From assembly GCA_963798485.1 (NCBI GenBank), contig CAWCTR010000008.1, positions 160,001 through 224,000 of the forward strand: DNA of 64,000 nt, in the 5' to 3' direction. The translations under genes and the position numbers were made by a program. Below are positions 30,401 through 40,790 of the stretch, one piece after another; positions within the stretch are counted from its first letter, which is position 1; every line of letters starts with the position of its first letter. The notes beneath the pieces are model-generated. The model saw only the letters and a list, made by a program, of their open reading frames with translations, did not search any database and was not told the DNA's origin. The DNA comes from an uncultured delta proteobacterium (lineage in GTDB: Bacteria; Desulfobacterota; Desulfomonilia; UBA1062).

Positions 30401-33400
30401 AGGCGACGAACGGCGGCACCCTGCTGCTCTTGAGTCAGAACGTCGTTAATACCGGCAACACGATCACCGCCACCGGCGCGGGCAGCGCCCTGCTCCTGCA
30501 GAGCACGACCATCAACGGCGGCACGCTGATGGCGGCCTCCGGCGGCACGATGCAGACCATCCAAAATGCGACTCTGAACGGCGTCACGCTGAACGGCAAC
30601 TACCTGAGCGATCTCGGCACGAGCACGTATGTCTCGCGGGACCATCACCCAGACCGGCAACCTGCAGCTCAATGCAGGCAACAGCAGCAACACTATCCTC
30701 TACATCACCGGCGCGACGACGCTCACCGGCGGCACCGACACGATCGCCTACAACGGGTCGGGCAGCGGGGGCCGTCTATATCCAGCAGTCGGGTAACCAG
30801 ACGCTCACGAACGCCGAGACGATCCAGGGCGCCGGCATCATCGGCAATGGCGGTCTGACGCTCGTCAATGCAGCGGGCGGCAAGATCGACGCGAACGTCG
30901 CGGGCCAGACGCTCTTGCTGACGCCCGGCAACGTGCTCGACTCCCAGGGCGCGATCTCGAACAGCGGCATCCTGTCGGCGAGCGCCGGCACGCTCGCGAT
31001 CTCGTCGAAGGTGTACGGCACCGGCACGATCCAGACGAGCGGGACGGGCGTCGTCACGCTCGGCGGGGCGAGCTCGGTCGGGAACCTGATCAACAACGGC
31101 AGCTCTGCGAACGCGCTCACACTGGGCGCCAACAGCGTCACGGTCTCCTCCGACTACCAGAACGCCAACTTCGGTGTGGGCAACGCCTTCAACAAACTCG
31201 CTGACGTCTCGACGTCCGGCGGCCAGATCCTCGCCTCCGGCAACGTGGCGACCGCGATAACCGGCACCACCGTCACAAACGGCACGAGCCCGACCGCGAC
31301 GCTGACGATCGGCGGCAATGTCCACGTCGGCCAGGCGACCACCTACGACTTCCAGGTCGAGAACACCGGCACGAGCGGCCCGGCGATCCGCGGCGCGGTG
31401 CAGACTTCCGTCAACGGCGCCGCGATCTCCGACCCGAACCTGTCGGTGACCGCGCAGAACTTCGGGCCCATCGCTACCGGCTCCTCGAGCGGCAACATCG
31501 GCGTCAGCTACACTGCCTCGACGGCGGGGCTCCTATCGCTCACCGGCACCAACACACTGCACATCGCCAACAACTTCCAGAACGTCGCCGAGCAGAACCT
31601 CAACATCGTGGTAGGCTCGGGCGCTGCCGCGTACAACCTTGCCAGTGGCTCGACGGCAGACGTCACGGTGGCCAACACGCGCGTCGGCGTGGGCAGCACA
31701 GCGAACCTGGGGGTGACCAACACCGCACCAGCCGGCAGCTACACTGAGGTACTGAACGCGAGCTTCGGCGGCAGCTCGGGCGCTGTGAACTCGACGAGCG
31801 GCTCGATCACGGGCGGCCTGGGCAGCGGCGTCGCCGGAGGTGCAACCAACAACTCCGCAATGCAGGTCGGGATCGATACGTCGACCGCCGGCGCCAAGAC
31901 CGGCACGGTGACATTGAACTATGTCTCCAATGGCACCGGCACCAGCGGACTGGGTAATACCAATGTCGGCTCGCAGACCATCGATGTAAGCGGCAACGTG
32001 TATCAGGTAGCCCAGCCCAGTTTGCCCACGAGCGTGAACCTTGGCAATGTACATGTAGGCAGCAGTGCAAACCAGGCAATAAATATTACCAATACAAACG
32101 TGGCACCTGGTTATCAGGAAGGGCTCGATGCCGGTATAAACTCCGGTTCCAATGCAAGCGGGTCCGGCTCGATTACCAATCTGGCGGCAGGTGGATCGAG
32201 CACGAACATCAGTGTCGGGATGACGGCGTCTGCAGCAGGAGTCAACAGCGGCAGCGTCACCCTAAGCTTGGCCTCAAACGGAACGGGAACCAGCGGGTTG
32301 TCAACACTGGCCCTGTCCGACAAAACCGTCAATACCTCGATAACCGGCTACAACCTGGCTCAGGCAACCATCAACAACCCACTCGATTTCAATCTCGGCA
32401 ATATTCTGTTAACCGGCGGGTCTGTTACCAAGACGGTATCTATCACAAATTCCGCTGCTTCCGGGATCTACTCGGAGGCATTAAATGCGGCTTTCGGGAC
32501 TATCACTAATACCGGAGTCGGGAACGTAAACACCAACAACGGGTCTATCAACGGACTCCTTGCCGGGAATACCGATGCCTTGACCATGCAGGTAACCTAC
32601 ACCCCGACAGCCCAAGGTACGATCAACGCCAGCGTGCAGCTGCTGCTGGCTTCGAACGGCACCGCCATCGGGGACGGACTTGGAATTACCGCCCTGCCCA
32701 GTCAGCTTCTCTCATTGCTCGGCACGGTCACGGGAACGGTCGGAACGCTGGCCCAGGCAGGACCAGCCACGCCCAACCCGGTGAACTTGGGCAATGTTCG
32801 GGTCAACACGAGCGCGCCTTCTCAGGCCTTGTCGATCCAAAACGTCGCCACCGGTCCGGCAGAAGGGTTGAACGCCACGATCTCTACCGCGACACCAGGG
32901 TTGACGGCCAGTGGGTCGTTTTCAAATCTGGCGGCGCAAGCCATCAATAATTCGAACTTGGTGGTCGGCATGAACACCTCAACGGCCGGTTCTCGCAACG
33001 GAACGGCGACGATAACCCTGGCGTCGGACGGCACCTTCAACGGCGGCGTTACTACATCATTAGGCACTCAGACGATCAATGTCACGGGAGGGGTCTACCA
33101 GGTGGCTCAACCTAGCATACAAACCAGCGTAAACCTGGGGAACGTACGTCTGGGGAGCGGTTCAAATCAGACTATCACAATCGGCAATACCAACATTTCC
33201 CCGACGGGATATCAGGAAGGACTTGATGCCGCGGTGGGATCGCAAACAAACGCCACGGGGACAGGCTCGATCACTAATTTAGCAGCCGGTGGGACGAGCA
33301 ACGCGATAACTGTCGGAATGACGGCCTCTGTTGCAGGGGTCAACACCGGAAGCGTCGCACTTGCTCTTGCCTCGGACGGATCGACTACCAGCGGGTTGTC

Positions 33401-34685
33401 GACTCTGAGCCTTGGGAACCAAACCGTCAACACCTCGATTACCGGCTATCGTCTGGCGAATCCAACACTCAATACGCCATCGGTTACCCTGTATGCACGT
33501 GTGGGTGATGCGAGTCCCACTGCGTCGGTGAGTGTCACCAACACTTCACCCGATATCTATACGGAAGGGCTGAATGCAAGCATCGGCACGTCTTCGTCGG
33601 GTTTTACAGCAGGAGGCAGCATCAGCAATCTTGCGGCCCAGGGGACAAACAGCAGCGCCATGCAGATTGGTCTCGGAACCGGAACAGCCGGAACCTTTGG
33701 CGGCACTGCAGCTCTCACTCTTGCATCCACCGGAGCAGGGACAACCGGTGCGTCTGACTATAGTCTAACCAGCCAAAACGTTACCTTGAACGGCAAGGTG
33801 TACCAGCAGGCCGTGGCTACGGTCAATACGCCGACGGTTGACTTCGGCATCGTACATGTGGGCGATACCCTGGGATTAACACAAGGCGTATCGGTGACCA
33901 ACAGCGCCCAAACAGCGGCCTTGAACGATGTGCTGACAGGCAGCTTAAGCGGCGCAACCGGTCCTTTCACTGCCGGCGGTACTCTGGGCAGCGGGCTTGC
34001 AGCAGGCGCCAGCAGCAGCAGTCTCACGGCTACTCTGAATACCGCTAATGCCGGGATCTTCAGCGGCACGGCAACAGCCGGCTTCCAGAGCCACAACGCC
34101 GACATGGCCGATCTCATCCTTGCGAATACCACCATCAACCTGAAGGCTCAGGTGAATAACTACGCCAACCCTGATTATCAGTTAGTTTCAGGAAGTGGGA
34201 GCTTGACTCATAGCTCGGGCTCCGGGTTGATCACGCTTTATGATCTGAATTTCGGCAACGTCACGCAAGGTTCAGGGAATGAAACTGCAATATTGAATTT
34301 GTTGAATGACATAACCGGTCCGGCAGACAATCTGAAAGGGACATTCGACCTTACAGGTGTCAGTTCCAGTGACTTCTTGCTCGCCGGATTCGGTGACTCA
34401 TCGGGGAATTTCTCGGGGATAACAGCAGGCAACGGCCTGAACGGCCTGCAGATCACCTTTGAGACATCCACGTTGGGTCTGGGCACATTCACCGACACGA
34501 TTTACCTCAATGCAACAGGATACAATGATAGTGGTTATTCCGGCCAGTTTGCCCAAATAGAGTTGGATATAACCGGCAATGTAGTAGGAGGCCAACAGGC
34601 GCCTGTTCCAGAGCCTGCCACCCTTCTTCTCATAGGGTCTGGCCTATTGGGTCTTGCGGGGATGAGGAGGAGGTTCAGGAAGTAA
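27445..34685 (+). CDS. Giant PEP-CTERM surface protein: beta-helix-like ~190-aa repeats plus Ig-like (choice-of-anchor D-like) domains; several frameshifts
   Basis: Signal peptide ...SALA-ADATW; G/T/N-rich repeats; repeated VNLGNV(H/R)VG...YQEGLDA modules; C-terminal VPEPATLLLIGSGLLGLAGMRRRFRK; frameshifts near 27605, 27760-27790, 27900 and 30635-30770. Confidence 0.88.
27790..30950 (+). repeat. About five tandem ~570-bp coding repeats
   Basis: Marker ATCCAGCAGTCGGG at 27925, 28486, 29056, 29626, 30202 and 30780; central units are nearly identical. Confidence 0.93.
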
Positions 34686-34706
34686 GTTAATGCTTTGCAT
34701 CTTCAC

Positions 34707-34735
34707 AGGCAGAGTCGAAAGGCTCTGCCTTTTTT
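34707..34735 (+). terminator. Rho-independent terminator
   Basis: AGGCAGAGTC-GAAA-GGCTCTGCCT followed by a T run. Confidence 0.88.
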
Positions 34736-34953
34736 GTTAAACCGAGGTGAATATAATCTACCTGGAAGACATTATGCCGCTGCGGGGAAAAATATCCTGG
34801 GGGTTTGATATCCCGTACATGATAACCGGCCAGATGAATATACGTACTCGATTCAATTTGATATTTAACACCGGTTCTCTGTATATTTGAATGACCGGCA
34901 GGAAAAATCCGACAGCATCTCCGGGATCGATTTATAATCTGTAAACGATCGCC

Positions 34954-36567
34954 TCAGGCAACCCGTTTTACCTTATCTGCAGGGATTGAGGAGGGGTACT
35001 CACTCAGCTCTACATCCTTGTTGTTCTGCTGAAAATATCTCACGTTCCATTCGTTCGGGAACAACAGCACCGATTGGCCCGTACTGTCCCTGGCGATCCT
35101 GGCGCCGCTGGGAAGCATGAGCCCCTCGGTTGCAATGCCGGAGGTTTTGATCCATCTGGCAAAAGTCCACGGGGCCCCTTCAAGGCGTGAATGCGCATTG
35201 TATTCCATCTCCAGGCGATACTTCACGATCTCGAACTGCAATGGTCCCACAGCTGCCAGCAGCGGAATGCGCTGCGCGGCGTCGGGAAGCTCGAAGGAGT
35301 GGACCACGCCTTCTGCAAGCAGCTGGGTTAAGCCATCGCGGAAACGCTTGTGATTGGAAGGGACATCGTTGTGGAGAAAGGCGAAACACTCCGGTGGAAA
35401 TCGCGGGATCTCATCAAAGAGCACCTCCGGGTCTTCACTGAGCGTGTCGCCGATTGAAAGGAACTTGGCACCGGCTATGCCCACCACGTCACCCGGATAC
35501 GCCTCGTCAACGGTTTCCCTCTCGCGGCCGAAAATCTTGTTGGAATTGGAGAGCCGGAACTTTTTTCCCGTGGGTACGTGCGTCACCATCATGTCGCGCG
35601 TGAAGCGGCCTGAAACGACCCGGATGAAGACAACCCGGTCGCGATGGTGCGGGTCCATGTTCGCTTGGATCTTGAAGACGAATCCTGAGAACGTAGCGGT
35701 GTCGGGTTTCACCGGGGAGCCGCGGCTGATGCGGGGCATGGGGGCGGCAGACTGCTCGATGAATCCTTCGAGCAGAAGCTTGACGCCGAAGTTGTTCAGG
35801 GCGCTCCCGAAGAACACCGGGGTTGTATGGCCGGCAAGCACGTCGGTAGGGCGGTAATCCACACCTGCCCCATCGAGCATCTCCAACTCCTCGCATACCG
35901 TGCGGTAGGTCGTATCATCCAGACGATCCCTTACGATAGGATCGGACATGCCGCAGGTGGAAACCGGGGCCTGGTATATGCCGCCGGGGGTGCGCTCATA
36001 GAAGTGGGCCAGTCTGGTCCGCCTGTCCCAGACCCCTTTAAACTGAAGCCCTGTGCCCAGGGGCCAGTTTATGGGGCAAGCCCCGATGCCTAAGACGCTC
36101 TCCAGCTCGTCCAGTAGCGCCAGCGGTTCACGCGCAGGCCTGTCCATCTTGTTCATGAAGGTGAAGATGGGTATCCCGCGGAGCCTGCATACTTCAAAGA
36201 GCTTCCGTGTCTGGCTCTCGATCCCTTTTCCGGCGTCGATCACCATGATAGCGGCATCCACGGCCGTGAGCACCCGGTACGTGTCTTCCGAGAAATCCTT
36301 GTGCCCGGGCGTATCCAGCAGGTTGATCAGGTAACCCTGATAGTCGAAGCTCAGCACGGTCGAGCTGATGGAGATGCCGCGCTTGCGCTCGAGCTCCATC
36401 CAGTCGGACGTGGTCGCGCGCTGGTTTTTGCGTGCTGTAACCGACCCGGCCAGCTGAACCGCACCGCCATAGAGCAGCAGCTTTTCAGTCAGTGTCGTTT
36501 TGCCTGCGTCGGGGTGCGAAACAATGGCCAAAGACCTTCGCCTGGAAATTTCATGATGCATGCTCAT
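34954..36567 (-). CDS. prfC: Peptide chain release factor 3
   Basis: SHPDAGKTTLTEKLLL, SDWMELERKRGISI, DTPGHKDFSEDTYR, FKIQANMDP.HRDR, AVGPLQFE. Confidence 0.96.
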   Translation of the reverse strand: MSMHHEISRRRSLAIVSHPDAGKTTLTEKLLLYGGAVQLAGSVTARKNQRATTSDWMELERKRGISISSTVLSFDYQGYLINLLDTPGHKDFSEDTYRVLTAVDAAIMVIDAGKGIESQTRKLFEVCRLRGIPIFTFMNKMDRPAREPLALLDELESVLGIGACPINWPLGTGLQFKGVWDRRTRLAHFYERTPGGIYQAPVSTCGMSDPIVRDRLDDTTYRTVCEELEMLDGAGVDYRPTDVLAGHTTPVFFGSALNNFGVKLLLEGFIEQSAAPMPRISRGSPVKPDTATFSGFVFKIQANMDPHHRDRVVFIRVVSGRFTRDMMVTHVPTGKKFRLSNSNKIFGRERETVDEAYPGDVVGIAGAKFLSIGDTLSEDPEVLFDEIPRFPPECFAFLHNDVPSNHKRFRDGLTQLLAEGVVHSFELPDAAQRIPLLAAVGPLQFEIVKYRLEMEYNAHSRLEGAPWTFARWIKTSGIATEGLMLPSGARIARDSTGQSVLLFPNEWNVRYFQQNNKDVELSEYPSSIPADKVKRVA

Positions 36568-36685
36568 CTTAGTCGATTTTCCTTGTGTGCGGGAGATACC
36601 ATCTTATCTTTGTTCATTGCAATACAAAATTGGGACAGGGGTGATTCGTCAAGCAAGAACACGGTTCGCAGGCATCAACATGCCT

Positions 36686-37282
36686 CTAGAGGTTGTTCAC
36701 GTAGTGATAGATCATCTCTGTGAGCTCATCTATGAGGCGGTCCTTGTCCATGGATGAATCGAGGAATTTTACATAATGGGCAACGTTTTCCACTGCGCTG
36801 TGGATTACCTTTGACACCTCCTTGAGGGCCTGCGGGTTAGAGTGCTTGCAATAGGGAATCAAAAGAGAGCTGATGATGCCCAGCTGCTGTTGTTCCACCT
36901 CATCAAAGAGCCGTCTCACGTCCGGGTCCGAGAATTTCAGGACAAGGGCTTCCTTGTGAAAAGAGGGGTGGATATCAAAGGTCATGAAACCCTTATTTAT
37001 ATGGATTCTGATAATATCTTTTAACGGGATTGAAGTGTCCGATTGCAAGGTGTAGACACCTGTTACGAAGTTATCAAGGTGGTTCTTGAGGATCTCAAGG
37101 AACAGGGACTTCTTGTTCTCAAAATAGCTGTAGAATGTCCCGATAGAAACCCCGGCCTTTTTTGCGATCTCATTGGAACTTGTCCCGTTTATCCCCTTGC
37201 TCGCGAATAAATCCAGGGCGGTCTCCATGATTCTCAATCTTCTTTCCCTGCTGCGATCCTGCCTGGGTATACGAATACGCAT
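36686..37282 (-). CDS. TetR family regulator
   Basis: PRQDRS...EIAKKAGVSIGTFYSYF; divergent from the operon at 37593. Confidence 0.92.
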   Translation of the reverse strand: MRIRIPRQDRSRERRLRIMETALDLFASKGINGTSSNEIAKKAGVSIGTFYSYFENKKSLFLEILKNHLDNFVTGVYTLQSDTSIPLKDIIRIHINKGFMTFDIHPSFHKEALVLKFSDPDVRRLFDEVEQQQLGIISSLLIPYCKHSNPQALKEVSKVIHSAVENVAHYVKFLDSSMDKDRLIDELTEMIYHYVNNL

Positions 37283-37414
37283 TACAGCTCCCTTCTACCC
37301 ATGCAGACAGATACGTCTTTTATGGATCGAATCCGTTGATCTCGTATAATATAATGTCAGGTTCCCTGCCATGGTTATTCTCAATTAGTAGCATGAGAAC
37401 GATGTGTCAAATAA

Positions 37415-37470
37415 AATATGAGTTACAACTCATATTAAACCTTGACAACATGAGCATACATTCATATTAT
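37415..37470 (+). promoter_or_regulatory. Twin TetR-type operators overlapping a sigma70 promoter
   Basis: AATATGAGTT-AC-AACTCATATT (37415-37436), degenerate copy AACATGAGCATACATTCATATT (37447-37468); TTGACA-N17-TATTAT (37442-37470). Confidence 0.8.
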
Positions 37471-37592
37471 ACTACAGATAACGATGTGATCTGACAGATT
37501 ACCCCTTGATTGGGGCAGCCTTTAAGTCATGATCAGGCATTTAATTGTTGTGGACATCGCCATTATGAATCAGGAAAGCACAGGAGGTGGTG

Positions 37593-38573
37593 ATGAAGGC
37601 ATTAGTCACAGGGGCAACAGGATTCATCGGTTCGGTCCTTACCCGGGAGCTCTTGAAGCAGGGCAACCAGGTGAGGGCGCTGGTCCTTCCGAGTGAAAAT
37701 TCGAGAGCGCTGGAAGGGCTTGGTGTGGAGGTCTGCCGAGGCGACTTATCCAGGCGGGAAACACTTAAAGGGATCTGTGATGGTGTTGATACCGTGTTTC
37801 ACCTTGCCGGCCGTGTCACCGATTGGGGTACCAGGGAACAATTCTACCGTGCCATTTACGATGCCACTCAGCATCTCATGGAAGAGGCTTCAGGCAAGGC
37901 CCCGCGGTTTGTGTATATAAGCTCCATTGCAGCCATCGGCCTAGGCCGCCACCTGAAGGGCATCAAGGAGACCGATGGCGCCTTCAAATCAGGCATCCCG
38001 TATAATGATGCAAAACTCGATGCGGAAAGGCTCGTGATGAGCTATCACAAGGGTGGCAGGATCGCGTGCACCATCATCCGCCCGGCCAATGTAACCGGCC
38101 CGGGGAGTGTCTGGGTGCGTGACATTGTAGAGAAGATGATGAGCATGCCCATGCCGCTTATCGACCATGGCCGGCACAGTTCCAGCTTTATCTATGTAGA
38201 CAACCTCGTAGAAGGAATCATCCTGGCAGGGACAAAAGACATTGCAAAGGGGAAGATCTACCAACTCCGCGATGATTGGGATGTGACGTGGGGGCGGTAT
38301 ATAACCGATCTCGGGGCCTTTATCGGGAAAAAGCCCATGGGCAGCATCCCCTACTGGCCTGCACGTGTATTGGGGAGTCTTTTCGACCTGGTCTGTACAC
38401 CGCTCAAGATCCGGCCGCCCGTGTCGCGTATGTCAATCGAGATTACCGGCAGGGACAACGATGTCGACAACTCCCGGGCCAAGCAGGAGCTGGGCTGGAA
38501 GACAACGATTCCCTACCCTGAGGCGATGGAGCGGATCGGGGCCTGGGTGAGGCAGACCTACCCACACAGATAA
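37593..38573 (+). CDS. NAD-dependent epimerase/dehydratase (3-beta-HSD-like extended SDR)
   Basis: TGATGFIG, VFHLAG, YNDAK (YxxxK), IIRPANVTGPG. Confidence 0.9.
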   Translation: MKALVTGATGFIGSVLTRELLKQGNQVRALVLPSENSRALEGLGVEVCRGDLSRRETLKGICDGVDTVFHLAGRVTDWGTREQFYRAIYDATQHLMEEASGKAPRFVYISSIAAIGLGRHLKGIKETDGAFKSGIPYNDAKLDAERLVMSYHKGGRIACTIIRPANVTGPGSVWVRDIVEKMMSMPMPLIDHGRHSSSFIYVDNLVEGIILAGTKDIAKGKIYQLRDDWDVTWGRYITDLGAFIGKKPMGSIPYWPARVLGSLFDLVCTPLKIRPPVSRMSIEITGRDNDVDNSRAKQELGWKTTIPYPEAMERIGAWVRQTYPHR

Positions 38574-38667
38574 GAATAAGGTATTACGCTGCTGAGAAGC
38601 TTGAGCAGGATCATCAGGCGTGGTGTTTTACCTTGGTTATCACCTATAACGATCAAGGAGGTTATGC

Positions 38668-39024
38668 ATGAAATTGTCGTTTCTCCTGTTTGTGTTATAC
38701 CTGAAGCTCGCTAGGGCCGCCAAGACGAACAAGGCCTTCCAGAACTACATAGGCGCCCTACAGCTCAGGTTTCTCATCAAGACCGCTGATGGGAAAAGGG
38801 GCAGGCTGTTCATCTTTGACAAGGGCAAGGTATCGTCGCTTAAAGGCGCACATCACAAGAGCGATGCAGCCCTCGTGTGGGCTGATCCCAATACCGCCTT
38901 CAAGGTGATGATATCAGGCAGCGATGAGGCCTCATTCCTGGCCGCTGCCGACGGCAAGCTCAAGGTAGAGGGGATGGCCTACTATGTCCAGTGGTTTAAT
39001 GACGCTGTGAAGATCATCATGTAG
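38668..39024 (+). CDS. SCP2 (sterol carrier)-like small protein
   Basis: 118 aa; C-terminal A..DGKLKVEG motif typical of SCP2 folds. Confidence 0.55.
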   Translation: MKLSFLLFVLYLKLARAAKTNKAFQNYIGALQLRFLIKTADGKRGRLFIFDKGKVSSLKGAHHKSDAALVWADPNTAFKVMISGSDEASFLAAADGKLKVEGMAYYVQWFNDAVKIIM

Positions 39025-39115
39025 ACGCTTGTAAGCGCTGCACATCCGACAGGCCTATAACGGTTGTTCAGTAAAGGACACGGAAAAGATTAAAATCATT
39101 TGTGGGGGTATACCT

Positions 39116-40786
39116 ATGGCAATGATACTTGGTGGTCACCTGGTTGGAAAATATCTGAAGGAAGTGGAAAAGGTCGATACGGTCTTCTGTCTGTCCGGCG
39201 GCCACATAGAGGCAATCCTGGACAGTTTTACGGAATACAAGATCCGCGCCATTGATGTTAGGCACGAGCAGGCCGCAGCCATGATGGCCGAGGCATGGTC
39301 CATCTACAGCGGCCAGCCGGGCGTATGCCTGGTGACTGCAGGGCCGGGTTTCACCAATGCCTTAACCGGCATTGCAAATGCCTACCTGGATAATGCGCCA
39401 TTGGTCGTACTGTGCGGCAAGCACCCCTTGAGGGACGATCTGAAAGGCGCCCTACAGGAGGTAAACCAGATGGACATGGTCAAGCCCATAACCAAATGGG
39501 CGGCTACCTGTTATGACACCAAACGGATCCCCGAATATCTATCACTCGCCTTCAGGCATGCCGTGGTGGGAAGACCGGGCCCTGTCTTTCTTGAGCTGCC
39601 GCCTGATATCCTGAATGTCAAAGTCCCTGAAGACAAGGCGCCATTGCCCCCACACAAGACGCACAAGTACACGGTCCACCCGGACGAGTGGGACCTGAAG
39701 CAGGCTGCCGATATAATCAATGCTGCAAAGAAACCCCTGTTCTTAGGCGGCAGCGGAGTGGGCCTGAGCTGCTGCAGCAGTGCGCTGGGCCAGTTCATCG
39801 ACAGGGCAGGGCTCCCCTTTATACTCATGAACTTCGGCAGGGGTGAACTCCCTGACAATCACCCCCTTTCCCTGTGGGATATCGGGAATATCGGGATACA
39901 ACTGGGTATAACGCAAGCGGATGTGCTCGTTGCCGCGGGGCTCCGCTTCAACTGGCTCCTGCAATCAGGCGCCATCATCCCTCAAGCCACCAAGGTCATC
40001 CGCATCGACATCGACCCTCACGAGATAGACCGGAACAGGGTTGCCGAGGTCGGGCTGGTGGGTGATACGACATCGGTGCTTAACCAGTTGCTTCCGCTCG
40101 TCAAGAGGGCTGACCACAGTGCCTGGATCAAGACGCTGCGCGCTGCGAGCCATGCCTTTATCGAGCCGGAGCTCAAGCTGAGGGAGAAACCAAGTAGCCC
40201 TATCCACCCCATCCGCCTGGTGGCGCAGATCCAGAAGGTTGTGGGCGACGATGCCGTCTATGTCATTGACGGGGGGGATACCCAGTATTTCGGTCTTGTA
40301 GGGTTGACATCCAAGGAAAAGGCGGGTGTCGTGGCCTCGGCTGCAGGGCTGCTCGGCTGCCTTGGCACCGGAATACCTTTCGCAATGGCCGCAAAGCTGG
40401 CCCGGCCCGACAAGAAGGTTGTGCTTCTGCAGGGAGATGGCTCCTTCGGGCTTAACGCCATGGAGTTCGACACCATGGTCCGCCACAACATCCCGGTGGT
40501 GTGCGTGGTGAACAATGATACCGCATGGGGTATGATCAAGCACAGCCAGGAGCTCTCCATAGGATGCGACCGCCTCCAGTGCGCTGAGCTGGGTGAGCGC
40601 CATTATGAGAAGATGGTGGAAGGACTGGGAGGTTACGGCGAATTCGTTACCAAGGATGAAGATATCATACCTGCCATCAAAAGGGCCTTTGATTCGGGAA
40701 AACCTTCCTGCATAAATGTCATGACCGATCCCACAGCTACAAGCCCGGCGACGCCGTTGTTCTATCAGTCGCTCAAGATGGATTGA
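39116..40786 (+). CDS. Thiamine diphosphate enzyme (acetolactate synthase-like / 2-hydroxyacyl-CoA lyase-like)
   Basis: RHEQAA, TAGPG, RPGPVFLELP, GDGSFG...NNDTAWG. Confidence 0.92.
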   Translation: MAMILGGHLVGKYLKEVEKVDTVFCLSGGHIEAILDSFTEYKIRAIDVRHEQAAAMMAEAWSIYSGQPGVCLVTAGPGFTNALTGIANAYLDNAPLVVLCGKHPLRDDLKGALQEVNQMDMVKPITKWAATCYDTKRIPEYLSLAFRHAVVGRPGPVFLELPPDILNVKVPEDKAPLPPHKTHKYTVHPDEWDLKQAADIINAAKKPLFLGGSGVGLSCCSSALGQFIDRAGLPFILMNFGRGELPDNHPLSLWDIGNIGIQLGITQADVLVAAGLRFNWLLQSGAIIPQATKVIRIDIDPHEIDRNRVAEVGLVGDTTSVLNQLLPLVKRADHSAWIKTLRAASHAFIEPELKLREKPSSPIHPIRLVAQIQKVVGDDAVYVIDGGDTQYFGLVGLTSKEKAGVVASAAGLLGCLGTGIPFAMAAKLARPDKKVVLLQGDGSFGLNAMEFDTMVRHNIPVVCVVNNDTAWGMIKHSQELSIGCDRLQCAELGERHYEKMVEGLGGYGEFVTKDEDIIPAIKRAFDSGKPSCINVMTDPTATSPATPLFYQSLKMD

Positions 40787-40790
40787 TGCC

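Noticed and set aside
27600-30770. Phase variation of the PEP-CTERM gene by frameshifts
   Set aside because: The breaks are not at long homopolymers or microsatellites and resemble the error pattern at the window start.
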